Positions 37,059 to 48,800 of a stretch of DNA of 64,000 bases are shown here, in pieces (the first letter of the stretch is position 1; each line of letters begins with the position of its first letter). The translations under genes and the position numbers were made by a program. The notes beneath the pieces are model-generated. The model saw only the letters and a program-made list of their open reading frames with translations. It did no database searches and was not told the origin of the DNA. Source of the stretch: Prasinococcaceae sp. CCMP 1430 (Eukaryota > Plantae > Prasinodermophyta); contig RQSC01000015.1 in NCBI GenBank assembly GCA_013416795.1, positions 260,445-324,444 of the forward strand, read 5' to 3'.

Positions 37059-37111
<53 letters not shown>

Positions 37112-38412
37112 GCATGTGCGCGATTGCATTCGTGAGTGCGCGGGTGGGCGGGCGCATGCGTGTCAGAAGTGGCTTGTGTGTTCGTGCTTGCGCGTGCGTG
37201 CGCCCCTCGTGCGCGCACGGCGAGCTGCAAGGGCCTGCACGCGCGCACGCGCGCGCGCGCGAGCAGTACGCACGCTCAATCCGCCCCCCCTCGGCCGGCA
37301 CAGGCCCTGCCCATTCGATGGCAGTGACAAAGGACTCCGAAAGCCGCAGCGCGCCCGCGAGTGCGAATTGGTTGGCGCCGTCGCCGGAGACGCCGTGGCG
37401 CAGCAGGAGCACGGTGCCCGCCTCGGTGCCGACAGCGAGCAGCGAAGCCGGCGCGCCGCGTGCGTCGCGGGAGAAGGCGGCCGACCATGCGCAACACAGC
37501 GCGGCGCGCGCGGCCGCGCGGCCGCGACCAGGGTGCGGCGTGCCACGCGCACGCTTCGCCGCGCGCTGCGCGGCAGCACCTGCGGCACCCCCGCCTGCAG
37601 CGCTCGCGATCGTTTCCGTCGGCGTGAGCACCTCGTCGGCCGCGCTCGCCAGCGCGGCGGTCGCGTCGAATATCCGTACCCAGTCGCACGTGAGCTCTGC
37701 GCGCGTCGGCGCGCGAAAAATGTCGAGGCGACGCGACGCGCCCACCGCCGCGAGCAGGCAGCTGCACCTCCCCGCGTCAACACTAGCGCTGTCGGCCGCG
37801 CCCAGCGGCGGCGACCAGCTCACGCACGTGAGCGGTGACGGCAGTGGCTGCGAGGCAACCAGCCGTGCTGGGTACCTGGGCGCGCAAGTGCGTTCGTGCG
37901 CACGTGTATGTGTGCGTGCGTGGTTGTGTGAGCGCGTGTATGGGTGCGCACACACGTCCACGGACGCTCGCGCACGTGTACAAGCAAGCATGCAAACGCG
38001 CGCGCGCGCACGCTCGCGTGCGCAAACGTGCATGCGCACAAGCACGCAAGCACGCGACGTACGCATACGTGTGCACAGCGCCGCCCTCATTGCCGTTGCT
38101 GCCGCGCTCGAGGTCGTCGCTCCCAACATCGGTGCTGTCATCGCTGCCGATGCCCCCAACAGTGTTGCCCCTCCCTTTGCCGCTTGTGGGGCCACTCGTG
38201 TGCGCAATCACCTGCAGGGCGCTTGCCGCGCCGCCGCGCGGCGGCATCGCCTGGCCAAGCGCGCCGTGCCACGCCTGCGTGCCCACGCCCGCCCCGCTTT
38301 CGCGGCATGCGAGCTGGCGGCTGCGCGGAGCGGCGACCGCCACGAAGCCATCCGCCGACGCTGCAGCGGGCCGCACGCCGCACGGCGTCGCGTCCAGCGC
38401 CAGCGGCCGCAT
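35996..38412 (-). CDS. Multi-exon beta-propeller protein, possibly TFIIIC90/GTF3C4-like; exon boundaries unresolved
   Basis: SADGFVAVAA, LTCVSWSPPLG..CLLAAVGASRRLDIF, CAWS..LLAVGTEAGTVLL, FVTAIEW resemble the TFIIIC-delta N-terminal domain. Interrupted by microsatellite introns. Confidence 0.5.
36916..37111. repeat. (GTGC)n microsatellite arrays in introns; also at about 36431-36460 and 30549-30577
   Basis: Directly visible tetranucleotide tandem repeats. Confidence 0.9.
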
Positions 38413-38861
38413 GGGCCGCGCTCGTGTGCACGTGCGAGCCTTCACGCGTGGGTAATCCCCACCAACAACCACAACAACAACAACACGCACGCGCGCGCGC
38501 GCACGCACACACACACACACACACGACTGCCACTCCGGCGCCCTCGGGCCCAGAGTGAGCAAGCCGGCGCCGGCGGCGTCCGCGCGGTATGTGGCACCTG
38601 CGCTGGCGTGCGTGCGAGTGTGTGCAGTTGCGGGGTGCTACGTAGTTAGGGGCGTGTTTGTGGTCATTTTTAGGGTTAGATCCATGTCGCCGCCGTCAAC
38701 TCCACCGCTGCCAGTGCGACCGCCTGGTGCGATTGCAGGCGACAGACCGTGGCTGCCTGCTTGCAGCCGCCCTCGTCGCGTGGCAACCGGCATACATGGA
38801 ACATTGGTCTTACAACACGCGTCCGCAGCGACGTCGGAGCGCGCTGGAGCGCACGTCAGCG

Positions 38862-40803
38862 TCAGAAACCGAAGATGGAGTCGAGCTCGTCCGCAGGCCT
38901 CTTCTTTTTCGTCTTCTTCTTCTTGGTCCTCTTGGCGGACGCTGCGCCGCCGTCGGCACCGCCGCCGCCTCCAAGAGCGCCGAATATGTCATCAATGGCG
39001 TCGCCTGCCGAGCGTTTGGCAACCTTCGCGACCCCCTCGTGGGGGGACCTCGCCGCCTTCGGCTTGGGCTGCGGCTCCCGTTGCGGCACCCTGAGCGCTG
39101 TGGCAGGCGCCGCCTCCCTCGGCGTGGAGGCGGCCCTCTTCGGTGCGGGCGTGGCGCCGAGATCACCGAAGATGTCATCGATGGCATCTGCGCCAGTCTT
39201 TGGCAGCTTTGGCGCCTTCAGCGACTGCTTGGGCGGGCGCGCCATGGCCGACGTCAGGACGTCCTGCGCCCCGCCTCCTTCGCCGTCCAACCGCCTGCCC
39301 TGGGCCTTGGCAACGGCCTTGGCCTTCGGCTTGGGCTTGGGCTTGGCCTTTGACTTGATCGACGCGTCGAGCTCGCCGAAGATATCCTCGACTGTCCTTA
39401 CCCTGCCCGCTGGCACGCCGGCCGGCGCAGCCTCACGCGCTGGAGCGGCCCCGAGGGCGCCGAAGATGTCATCGATGGCCGCCGACGCGTCCGCGTCGCC
39501 ACCTTTGTCGCCGGGGTTATCGCTGTCCCCATCGCTGTCGCTGTAGGCCCTTACTTTGCCGTCTGCCTCGGCACCTGCCCCGGCTCTCCCTTCGCCGCTG
39601 CTGGTTTTGTGTCTGTCGGCCTGCTTGAGCTGGTCGCCAACCTCCTCCCCAGCATCACGGGACTCCTCGCGGAGGTCGTCGCAGACCTCCTCGCCGACCT
39701 CCTCGCCGAGGTCATCGATGTCCAACCCCAGCCCCGTCGTGCGCTCCAGTAGGATGCCGTTGGCGGGGGATGCACCGGCGTGGGAGCGCCCGCGCGCGGG
39801 GAGCGCGCCTGCAGCTGAGGCGGGTAGCGCGCCGGGGTCGCCCTCCAGGTCGAGCAACGCCCCCGCGCGTAAGGCTAGCACATCACGGCGGTCACCTGCG
39901 TGCGCAGCGCGTGTACGGTGGGCCAGCAAGCCGTGCCGCGTAAGAGGCAAGCTCGTGCATGCGGGCAGTGACGAGCGCGAGCGCGGAGGCACGTGCCGTG
40001 CAGCGCTGTTCGTGCGGCCGCGCGCACCTTCCCACTCGACTGTGAGCGTCAGCGGCAGCTCCTCCCCCGCCGAAGACGCCGCGCCGTCGGCAGGCGGTAG
40101 CGCGAGTGCCGCGTCGGAGAGCGCTGCATACGCGCGAGCGAGCGCAGCCGCGAGCGCAGCGGCGGCCGCGCGCAGCCGTGCGGCCGCACACATCGCTGTG
40201 ACCGCCAGCGGTGCGAAGTGGCCGCGCGCTAGCAGCGCCGACAGGGGCGGCGCGGCCGCAAGCGCCGCCGAGGATGCGCGCGCGGGCGCGGCACCCGCGC
40301 CGCCGCGCCGCCAGCGGCAGAGTAAGTGCCTCCGCCACATTTTTTTGGACCTGCCGAAACCGGCGCATCCAAATGCACAGCAAACGCGCCGGAACGCGGG
40401 CGAATTCGGCCGCGCGCCGCGAGAAAATTGAGCTCTCCCGTGGGTATTGCTGGGCGCACGAGCGCGCGCACGGGCGGCGGCGCGCGCGCCACAGAGCGCG
40501 CACAGCGCGCCGGACTGGAAGGGGGGTGGGGGGCTTGCCCCGAGGGGACGCGATGGAGGAGCCTGTCGCGCCGCGTGCGGCTGCGTCGGCCGCGCGCCGA
40601 AGCGCCTGCAGTGCGCGGTAGTACGGCGCACGGCTGTGCGCACCCGCAGAGCGCGCGAGCAGAGCGCGCAGCAGCTCGGCGTCTGCTGCGAGCGACCGCT
40701 CGGCGGCGACGGCCGCCGCCGCCTCTGGGCGAAGCGCGCGCAGCTTCCGTGCCAGCGCCGCGCCGCGCGCGCCCGGCGGCACGCGCGCAAGTGCAACACC
40801 CAT
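38862..40803 (-). CDS. RMP1/NEPRO (DUF4477)-like RNase MRP subunit, spliced
   Basis: AELLRALLARSAGAHSRAPYYRAL..LRR, LARGHFAPLAVTAMCAAARLRA and a Lys-rich tail ending ELDSIFGF. Pieces are in two frames, implying introns. Confidence 0.6.
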
Positions 40804-41298
40804 CGCGGGTGCCGCAAGGAACACCGGAAAGCAGCACGTCCGGGGCGGGGAAGGGGGGAGGGGGGGCACATGCCCCCGCCTGTGTGACACACACGCAAGC
40901 GTGCACGCCCTCCTGCCCGCAACACTAGGTCACATTGGATGCGTTCATTGTGAAAGGTCAAAGCACATGCATTCTGCGTGTATTTTTCGCGCGGGCTGCC
41001 TGGCAGCACCAGGACCGCTAAGCAGGTGCGCCATACAGTGAGCGCACGGCGCCTCTGCCAACCCCGCCTAGCCTTGTCCAGCCTGCGATTCTCCGCCGCC
41101 GTGCACGTCGCGCCGCCTCGACTGCCGTCAGCGGGCGCGGCGACGGGCATACCACTCACCGCTGCCGTCGCGGCCGCTGCTGCGCGGAAGCAGCACCTAA
41201 GCTCTTCGAAGGCGCAAGGGGTGTTGCGCTCGCGCTGCCCTCTCCGACGGAGGCGCGACGGAGGCGCGCACAAGCATACTTCAAAGGGGGCTGGGAAA

Positions 41299-41338
<40 letters not shown>

Positions 41339-41345
41339 AGACAGC

Positions 41346-42041
41346 ATGGCGGACCCGGGGCCAGCGGTTGCCGCACGAGCGATCCGCGCGGCGCTTGAGT
41401 CGCGGCGCGCAGCAGCTGAACTGCTCGACGGGGCGCGTGCGCTCGCGGAAGCGCTGCAAGAGGATGCCCGCGCCGAGGCTGCCGCGTGCGCTGGCGCTAC
41501 CCGGGCCGCACGCACCGCCGAGGCGGCGCAGCGAGCGGCCGAGGCACGTGCGTCGGCCGCCGAGGAGGAGCTCGCGCGAATGCGCGCTGCGGAAGCTGAT
41601 GCGCTCAAAACCGCCGGCGAGCGCGCCGCGGGGCTCCGCAGTGCGGCCGCAGTCGTCGACGAGCTGCAACGGGCGCGGCAAGCCAATGAAGACCTTCGCG
41701 TGAAGATTGCCGAAGCGCACGTAGCGTCGAGCAACGCGAGAGCTGCGCTTGCAGCGGAGCGTGCCTCCGCCGAGCGCGCGGAGAAGGCTGCATCCATCGC
41801 CGCCGCTGCCGGCGCCGCTCGTGAAAAACAGCTCGCTGCGGCCCTCGAGGAGGAACGCGCCATGCGATTGGCCGCTGAGGCGCGCGCAGCCGAGCTGCGC
41901 GTCGACGAGGAGATGAGCGCGGGCAGGTCATCAAAGGAAGTCGCCGCCCTCAAGCACCGCCTGCTCGCCTTGCAGCGTGAGAATGTCGCCCTCAAGAGGG
42001 CCGCCTGCTCCGGGGGCGTACAGTCCTCGCGCCAGCGTTGA
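41346..42041 (+). CDS. Ala/Glu/Arg-rich coiled-coil protein, unknown function
   Basis: 231-aa ORF with heptad-like composition and sense codon bias. Confidence 0.6.
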   Translation: MADPGPAVAARAIRAALESRRAAAELLDGARALAEALQEDARAEAAACAGATRAARTAEAAQRAAEARASAAEEELARMRAAEADALKTAGERAAGLRSAAAVVDELQRARQANEDLRVKIAEAHVASSNARAALAAERASAERAEKAASIAAAAGAAREKQLAAALEEERAMRLAAEARAAELRVDEEMSAGRSSKEVAALKHRLLALQRENVALKRAACSGGVQSSRQR

Positions 42042-42443
42042 CGAATGCAGCCCCCGCCACCACTGGCACGTCGACGGCTCGACGGTGATCGCGACGAGCG
42101 CCAGTGCATCCAAGCACTGCCAAAGTGAATGTTCAGATGATACAAAGACGCGCATTTCAGTTCTATTTGCTGCTGTTCGGCGTCGAGGTCGGTACTTCGA
42201 ACTTCGAAGTACTTCGATGCACACTTTTCAATCAAAAGCTGACAGCGACGCGCCGGCGCAGTCGCGCAGCTCGCCGAGGTTCGCCCGCTCGGCCGCAGCG
42301 GCAGTAAGAGCACGCACGGACATCATTATCGATTTTCAATACTGTAATCAGTCCTTCAAATTTGCACTTATTAGCCTCTGGGGGGGAGCAAGCAGTGGGA
42401 GCCAAAAAAATGGTGGCCGACGCGCAGCGCTCACGCGCGAGCA

Positions 42444-44984
42444 TCAGCGGGCTCTCGCGCGCTGCCGGGCGTCTTCGAAGGCAGTCACAGCCGATGCACC
42501 TGCGGGCGAGCCGGCAAGCCACTGCGCGCCAGTGAGGATAGCGGCGATGCGCTCCGCGCGGCGCTCGGCGGCCGCAGCGGCCGTCCCGCCAGCACCCGCC
42601 ATGAACGAGACATGTGGGACCACCGCCGAGGACACCACCGGTTCCGCCAGAGACGCGAGCGTGCTAGCGTCCAGCACGCCGTCGAATGCCGCGCAGGCGC
42701 GCAGGACACCCACGCACGCGGCGAATCGCCGCGCGCACCGCCTCCGCGCGGCAGGGCTCGCTGCGAGCACGGGCGCCGGGAGCACAGGCGGCGGTACCTT
42801 GACGCACCGCTCGCACGCCTCAGAGAGTCGCTCCGAGGCGGCGGCGAGGACGGTCTTGGCTGACTCGTTCTCCGCAGGCACGTACACGAGGAGCTCGCGG
42901 ACAGCATCGGCCAGGCGCTCCGATTGGTGCGCGTCCTCGACGCGCCAGCAGCGCCGCAGCGCGTGTTCGAGCATGGGTGCGCACACCAGCTCGATGAGGG
43001 AAGGCACCATCTCGTCGAGGTCGTTTGAGGCAGCGGTCTCGCCGGTGGCAGGCTCGGTACCCACCTCGAAGAGCGTCCCATACCATTCCATTGCGTCCAG
43101 GCTCGCGGGGGCACCGCGTGCACCCCACAGCGGCTCCCAGCGCAGCATTTCAAGTCGCACGAAGGGCGCAAGGAGTTGCGGGGCGCTGCGTGGAACGTAC
43201 GCATCGCGGAACGACTGTGGCCACTGGCATCGCCAGCGGTCCAGAAACGTTGCGACGGCCTCGAGCGTCGCGAACTCTGGTGCGGCGTCAGCAAGCGCGG
43301 TTAAGGCGGCCTCGAGTACTGAGTCACGGACGGCATCGAAAGCCTCGGCCCCGCCGGCATCCGAGTCGGAGCCGCTAGCACCGCTCTCAACCCCACGCGC
43401 GTGTTCACCTGCCGCGATGGCGGCCTCGGCGGCCAGCTGCCGGCGCACGCGCCTATCCATGCGCTGGCGCGCGCTTGCACGCGCCTGTGCGGTCGGATCA
43501 CGGCCGAACTCGTCCAGCTCGCCGCTGCTGCCAGCGCAGGCAACTGCTTCTACGGCGGCTGCGCCCGCGGCCGCCACGGACTCGGCGAGCGCGTTCGAGC
43601 CGGCCGCTACACCCTTGCCGAGCGCACCAAGAGCTGCAGCAGCCTCTGCCTCGACCTGTGCCGTCGCCTCTGCATCATCGGCAGTGCGCCGCTCGGTGTC
43701 GGCATCGGCGCGCCTCTCGGCGGCCACGCGTAGCGTCTCCTCGAGCTCCTCAAGTAGAGGTGCTTTCTCCTGGAGCATATCGCACAGATCCCGGACAAAA
43801 GTCCGCGCACGCTGTGCGAGACTGAAACGTTCGCCCGCGATGGTGAGTGACTCGGCGAGTTCCGCGGCCGCCTTGGTCGCCTGCGCATGGCGCGCCTTTG
43901 CGGACGCAGCCTCTCGCTTCATCGCTTCGGCACGACTCTCGAGCTGCGCCGCGTCCTTGCGCAGCGCCTCCATCGCCTGGTCAGCGGCCGCATCGACGTC
44001 CATGAGGGAGACATCGCCACGTCCCCCGGGGGCTCCGCGCACGCCAGCTGAGCCTCCGCGTATACGTGTTGAGTGACTACCTGCGCCCGCTGCCTTCTGC
44101 TTGTGCGCCTGCACGCGCGCGCGGCGTAGCTGCTCCATCTCGAAGCGCTCCTCCTCCGAGTCAGACGCAGCGCCACCCAATGCGCTCCCGTGCCTCCCCC
44201 CCTGCTGCGGGTCCGCACAAAATCCGAGCGCACCTCGCGGCGCTCGCCCGCTCTGTGGCGCACTCGCCGCCGCCAGTGCTAGGTGTTCACGCGGATCTTC
44301 GCCATCGTCGCTGCCGCTCGTTTCGCCGTCGACTGCCATGTCCGCGACCATCTTGGCCGCGTGCGCAGTCATCGGCACGAACTCATCCGCGTCGGCGCCT
44401 GCCGCGCGCGCACGGCCGCGCTCCGCACGGGCGCGAGCCGCAGTTGCCGCGGCATGAGCGCCGTCCTCGTCGGAGCCATCCGCGTCCATTGCGTCGGCCT
44501 CGTCGCCTGCGATCACACCACCAATGGGTGGGCCATGTGAACGCGATGGTGGTGGTGGTGGCGGTGCGGCCAGCAGCCCGCCGGCGCCCGCAACAATGCG
44601 CTCCTCCCCCTCTATGGCGTCGCCTGCCGCCTTGAAAGAGCCGCGCACCTTCACCGCAGGCGCATTATGCTGCGCCGCGCGCAGCGCCGCGAGGGCTGTA
44701 GCATCGTATGTGCCACCGCCACCCTGCGCTCCCACCGCGCCTGCCCCGGCGAGCGGCAGCGGTGCCCCCACGGCGCGTGCACCCTTGCGCTTGATGCGGA
44801 ACTCCTCAACTCGGCCGCCGCCCTCACCATCGCTTTCACTGTCGTCGTCGAAACTCAGCATCGGCGCGCCCTTCTTCGGCGCGATTTTGCCAGGATCGTC
44901 GCCGCCGCCACCACCTGCGGCGCCGCCCGCCTCGGCCGTGCCGCCACGGCCGCCCTTGCGCCCAGCATTCCGCCTACGAAACAT
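42444..44984 (-). CDS. ILP1: PAXBP1/GCFC2/ILP1 spliceosome-disassembly factor
   Basis: LSFDDD, EEERFEMEQLRR, VRDLCDMLQEKAP, DEFGRD, WR..WPQSFRDAYV..PFVRLEMLRWEPL, MEWYGTL. Confidence 0.88.
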   Translation of the reverse strand: MFRRRNAGRKGGRGGTAEAGGAAGGGGGDDPGKIAPKKGAPMLSFDDDSESDGEGGGRVEEFRIKRKGARAVGAPLPLAGAGAVGAQGGGGTYDATALAALRAAQHNAPAVKVRGSFKAAGDAIEGEERIVAGAGGLLAAPPPPPPSRSHGPPIGGVIAGDEADAMDADGSDEDGAHAAATAARARAERGRARAAGADADEFVPMTAHAAKMVADMAVDGETSGSDDGEDPREHLALAAASAPQSGRAPRGALGFCADPQQGGRHGSALGGAASDSEEERFEMEQLRRARVQAHKQKAAGAGSHSTRIRGGSAGVRGAPGGRGDVSLMDVDAAADQAMEALRKDAAQLESRAEAMKREAASAKARHAQATKAAAELAESLTIAGERFSLAQRARTFVRDLCDMLQEKAPLLEELEETLRVAAERRADADTERRTADDAEATAQVEAEAAAALGALGKGVAAGSNALAESVAAAGAAAVEAVACAGSSGELDEFGRDPTAQARASARQRMDRRVRRQLAAEAAIAAGEHARGVESGASGSDSDAGGAEAFDAVRDSVLEAALTALADAAPEFATLEAVATFLDRWRCQWPQSFRDAYVPRSAPQLLAPFVRLEMLRWEPLWGARGAPASLDAMEWYGTLFEVGTEPATGETAASNDLDEMVPSLIELVCAPMLEHALRRCWRVEDAHQSERLADAVRELLVYVPAENESAKTVLAAASERLSEACERCVKVPPPVLPAPVLAASPAARRRCARRFAACVGVLRACAAFDGVLDASTLASLAEPVVSSAVVPHVSFMAGAGGTAAAAAERRAERIAAILTGAQWLAGSPAGASAVTAFEDARQRARAR

Positions 44985-45094
44985 CTCTCCCCTCTCTCCA
45001 AGCGTTCAAAAACTCCTCTCCACTGCCGGGGCGCTCGGTTCGCACTCCCCTCTCACCCAGTGATGCGCCGCGCCGGAGGTGGCAGCGCCTACGC

Positions 45095-46130
45095 CTACCA
45101 GCGCTTTGGCGGCGTGTGCACACTGACGCCCGCTTCGCGCACGCCGTCGAGCAGCGCGGCGACCTTAATCGGTACGCGACGGCGCACGTGGCCCTCCACC
45201 TGTCGCTGCGCCTGGCTCGGGCCGTACTCAACCGTGAGCGGCCCGCTGGGGCCAACGGCCTCGCGCAGCCGCTCGCCAAGCAGAGCACCTGCGGGCGCCC
45301 CAGTGCGGGGCGGCGCGAGGCGTGCAAAACAGGGGGGGGCGGGCGCGCCATGCGTCAGAACGCTGCGCGCCACGCGGGCTTGGCCAGACAGACAGGCAGC
45401 AAGCAGCGACGGGCGGCGCAAGCGCGCCCGCGCGCTGCACCTGCACCAACCCTAACCACAGCGCGCTGCTCCTGCGGCGCCCGCGCGCTGTCGCCGCCGC
45501 CAACGCGCCGCACGCACCTATCCGCCTGGCATGCTCCGTTGCTGCCGCTCCCATCTCTACGATGCGGAGCGCCTGTCCGGCGCGCGTGCACCGTCAGCCG
45601 GTGAGCGACCTGCGCGGCCGTGCGCCGCACCATCGAATGCGCACACGCGCGCGCCGCGGCGGCGAGTGCGCGGCTGGCGCGGGGGCGTCCAGCCAGCAGC
45701 ACCGCAGCGCCACGCGCGCACGGTCTGCCCTCGGTACCTCCCCCCCTCCTCCCGCGCCACAGCAGCGGTAGTCGCGGCGCCCCCGCAAGCAGCTGAAAAC
45801 ACGGGTCAAGAGCAAAATCAATGCACAACGTGCATACTCTAAGTTACTTCCCTCGCAGGACGCCAGGCCGAGCCAACGTGACACGCCGGGCATGCGTCGG
45901 CGCATGCTCGCGCTCGGGAGCGAGAGCTGGGCGGACCCACGGGCGGAGCAGCGCGCGCGCGCGCAGGCTCGAGCGCGCGGGGGCGCTCAACCGCAGCCCG
46001 TCCAGTACGCGTCCGGATCCGTCGCGCTGCCGCCCGCAAGCAGGCCGATGCCGATGACGCCGAAGATGACGGGCGCGACGAACATGGCGCACTTGCGACA
46101 GCACGTGTTGCGCGGGCGGTGGTGCATGGG
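45095..46130 (-). CDS. Fragments of a probable spliced membrane-protein gene (coding-like pieces 45987..46130 and 45095..45421)
   Basis: CCRKCAMFVAPVIFGVIGIGLLAG has strong GC3 bias and a TM profile. Gene model not resolved. Confidence 0.35.
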
Positions 46131-46552
46131 TACCGCCGCATACGTATGAGCTACCGCTCCATCACGCCAATGCTTGCCGACGTGGCCGTGGTGGGTGTGG
46201 GCTTTCCCCAGTCGGACCCCGCGGCTTTCATCGCCGGCACCTCCTTCACGACTTACAGCTTTGCGTCCGCGCCGCCCTCGTGAGGCGACAGGAGCAGCGA
46301 CGAGCGCGCCAGCTTCAACCAAACAGCGTAAGACTCACAAAGTCCTAAGTGCAAGTAGCATACAGCTCGAGCCGCGGCGGCGCTCGATGAGCGCGAGCGC
46401 GAGCGCGAGCGCGAGCGCGCGAGCGCGAGCGAGCCCGTGTTCCCCACCGCGCATTTTCAATATCTTTTATCGTACTGTACCACCGCGTGCTGCAAGCCTC
46501 GCCTCTGAGCGTAGCGTCGACGCCGCGCTGCAGAGGAGACACGCGCCGAAAC

Positions 46553-47979
46553 CTAGCCGTAGATGGGGAGGCACGGCGTGGGGATGGAGATGCCCTGGAA
46601 CTCGGCGATGGGCGGGATGGCGCAGCCGGGGCCGCTCGTGTGGAACCAGCCGCCGCCCGAGAGCACCGCCGAGAAGACGGTGGTGTTCATGGGGTCCGCC
46701 TGGTGCGCGGCGAGCGCCTCGAGCGGGCCCACACCGGTCACCTGCGCCTCGCACAGCATGCCCACCCACGCGAGCATCGCGAGGCGCCCGTGCTTGATCT
46801 CCATGACCTTCCTCTCCTGAAGCGCCTCCTCGCCCTTCTTCTCGACGCCAAGGGGGTCGAACACGCCACCAGGGTAGCCGACCTCGTGCTTGCCCAGCGA
46901 GTAGTCGAAGATCGGGTCCTTGTTCACCGAGTTCGGCGTCTTCCAGTCCTGCCAGCGGCGCACCTCAACCCAGTGCATGGTGAGGAACTGGAAGGCCACC
47001 ACGCCGGCGATGGGGAAGAGGAAGTCCTCCTGGGCGATCTGCGTGGGCGCGGTGTAGAAGAACACGTCGGGGTTCCAGATCTCCTGGGCGAGCACACCGG
47101 CCGCACCGAGCATAGCCCAGCGGGCGTGCTGCACATACGCGCGCGTGCCGCAGGCGTCAGCATGGGCATCGTCCAGCCCTAGGCAACGGCGGCAGCTGCT
47201 GGGGCGTGCGCGTGCCCTGCGTGCAGCGGAGCAGGCTCCCCCAGACTCAACAATCTCCCGACACACGCACGTGCGCGCGCGCATGCCGCGCGTTCGCCGC
47301 GACAGGCACGCACCTGCAGCTCCGCCTCGCGGTACCAGCGCAGGTTGTCGGCGTCCTCGGCGAGGTTGAGCGGATCGCAGCCTGCGCGCGCAACGAGCCA
47401 GGGCGCAGAGTCAGCACGCGGGTTCGCCGCCGTCGGCGCTCGGTGCGTCGCGCGCACGTCGCCCGCCTCGGGCGCATCGCCACCCATGCTGCATTTCGCA
47501 GCCCCTCCACAAGGGCGCAAGGTGCGCGCACGCGCACGCCCTCCCTCGTATGCGCTCGCTCGCTCGCTCGCGAGGGCGCGCGCGACCGCGCAGCAAGCGC
47601 GCGCGCGCATGGGGGAGGGGGGCAGCCGTCGTGGCGTGGCGCCGCTCGAACGCTGCAGGCTGCGTATCCCGCTCGCCCTCTCGCTCGCGCACCGCCGCGC
47701 CGTCGCCGCGCCGAAGCCAGCGTACTCATCGAGTAGCGACGGGCGGGCGATCGAGCGCGCTCGGCCGCGCCGGCCGCCCCCGCCATCAGCCCAGCCCCGC
47801 GCCTGCTCGCGCGCTGTGTCGTTTTCTCTCTCTCTCTCACACACACACCCCTCTCCGCTACCCGCCCGCGCTCGCGCACGCACCGAAGTCGCCGGCCATC
47901 GAGCCGTCGAGGTGCTTGGGCGCCTCCGAGCCGGGCGCCCACGCGGCCTCGCGCGCCGACGCGCACGCGCGCGCGTTGC
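46553..47979 (-). CDS. LHCA: PSI light-harvesting protein, Lhca2/4 clade with algal Lhca5/6-type tail; introns 47129..47313 and 47382..47883; 5' end lost in gap
   Basis: HLDGSMAGDFG|CDPLNL..WYREAELQ|HARWAMLG, VEVRRWQD, YPGGVFDPLG, EIKHGRLAMLA. Confidence 0.95.
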
Positions 47980-48665
47980 NNNNNNNNNNNNNNNNNNNNN
48001 NNNNNNNNNNNNNNNNNNNNNNNNNNNNNNNNNNNNNNNNNNNNNNNNNNNNNNNNNNNNNNNNNNNNNNNNNNNNNNNNNNNNNNNNNNNNNNNNNNNN
48101 NNNNNNNNNNNNNNNNNNNNNNNNNNNNNNNNNNNNNNNNNNNNNNNNNNNNNNNNNNNNNNNNNNNNNNNNNNNNNNNNNNNNNNNNNNNNNNNNNNNN
48201 NNNNNNNNNNNNNNNNNNNNNNNNNNNNNNNNNNNNNNNNNNNNNNNNNNNNNNNNNNNNNNNNNNNNNNNNNNNNNNNNNNNNNNNNNNNNNNNNNNNN
48301 NNNNNNNNNNNNNNNNNNNNNNNNNNNNNNNNNNNNNNNNNNNNNNNNNNNNNNNNNNNNNNNNNNNNNNNNNNNNNNNNNNNNNNNNNNNNNNNNNNNN
48401 NNNNNNNNNNNNNNNNNNNNNNNNNNNNNNNNNNNNNNNNNNNNNNNNNNNNNNNNNNNNNNNNNNNNNNNNNNNNNNNNNNNNNNNNNNNNNNNNNNNN
48501 NNNNNNNNNNNNNNNNNNNNNNNNNNNNNNNNNNNNNNNNNNNNNNNNNNNNNNNNNNNNNNNNNNNNNNNNNNNNNNNNNNNNNNNNNNNNNNNNNNNN
48601 NNNNNNNNNNNNNNNNNNNNNNNNNNNNNNNNNNNNNNNNNNNNNNNNNNNNNNNNNNNNNNNNN
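47980..48665. other. Assembly gap; other N runs at 15654, 56462..56470 and about 63334..63572
   Basis: Runs of n. Confidence 1.
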
Positions 48666-48744
48666 GCTGGCCGCGTCGGCCGGGCCCCCGCCGCGGATGG
48701 GATGTCGTCGCGCCGCGAGGCGCCGGCCGGGCGCCCATCGATCG

Positions 48745-48745
<1 letters not shown>

Positions 48746-48800
<55 letters not shown>
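48746..48800. repeat. (CCAG)n microsatellite next to an assembly gap
   Basis: Directly visible. Confidence 0.9.

Noticed and set aside
38668-38679. TTTTAGGGTTAG telomere-like sequence
   Set aside because: Fewer than two full units; not an interstitial telomeric array.
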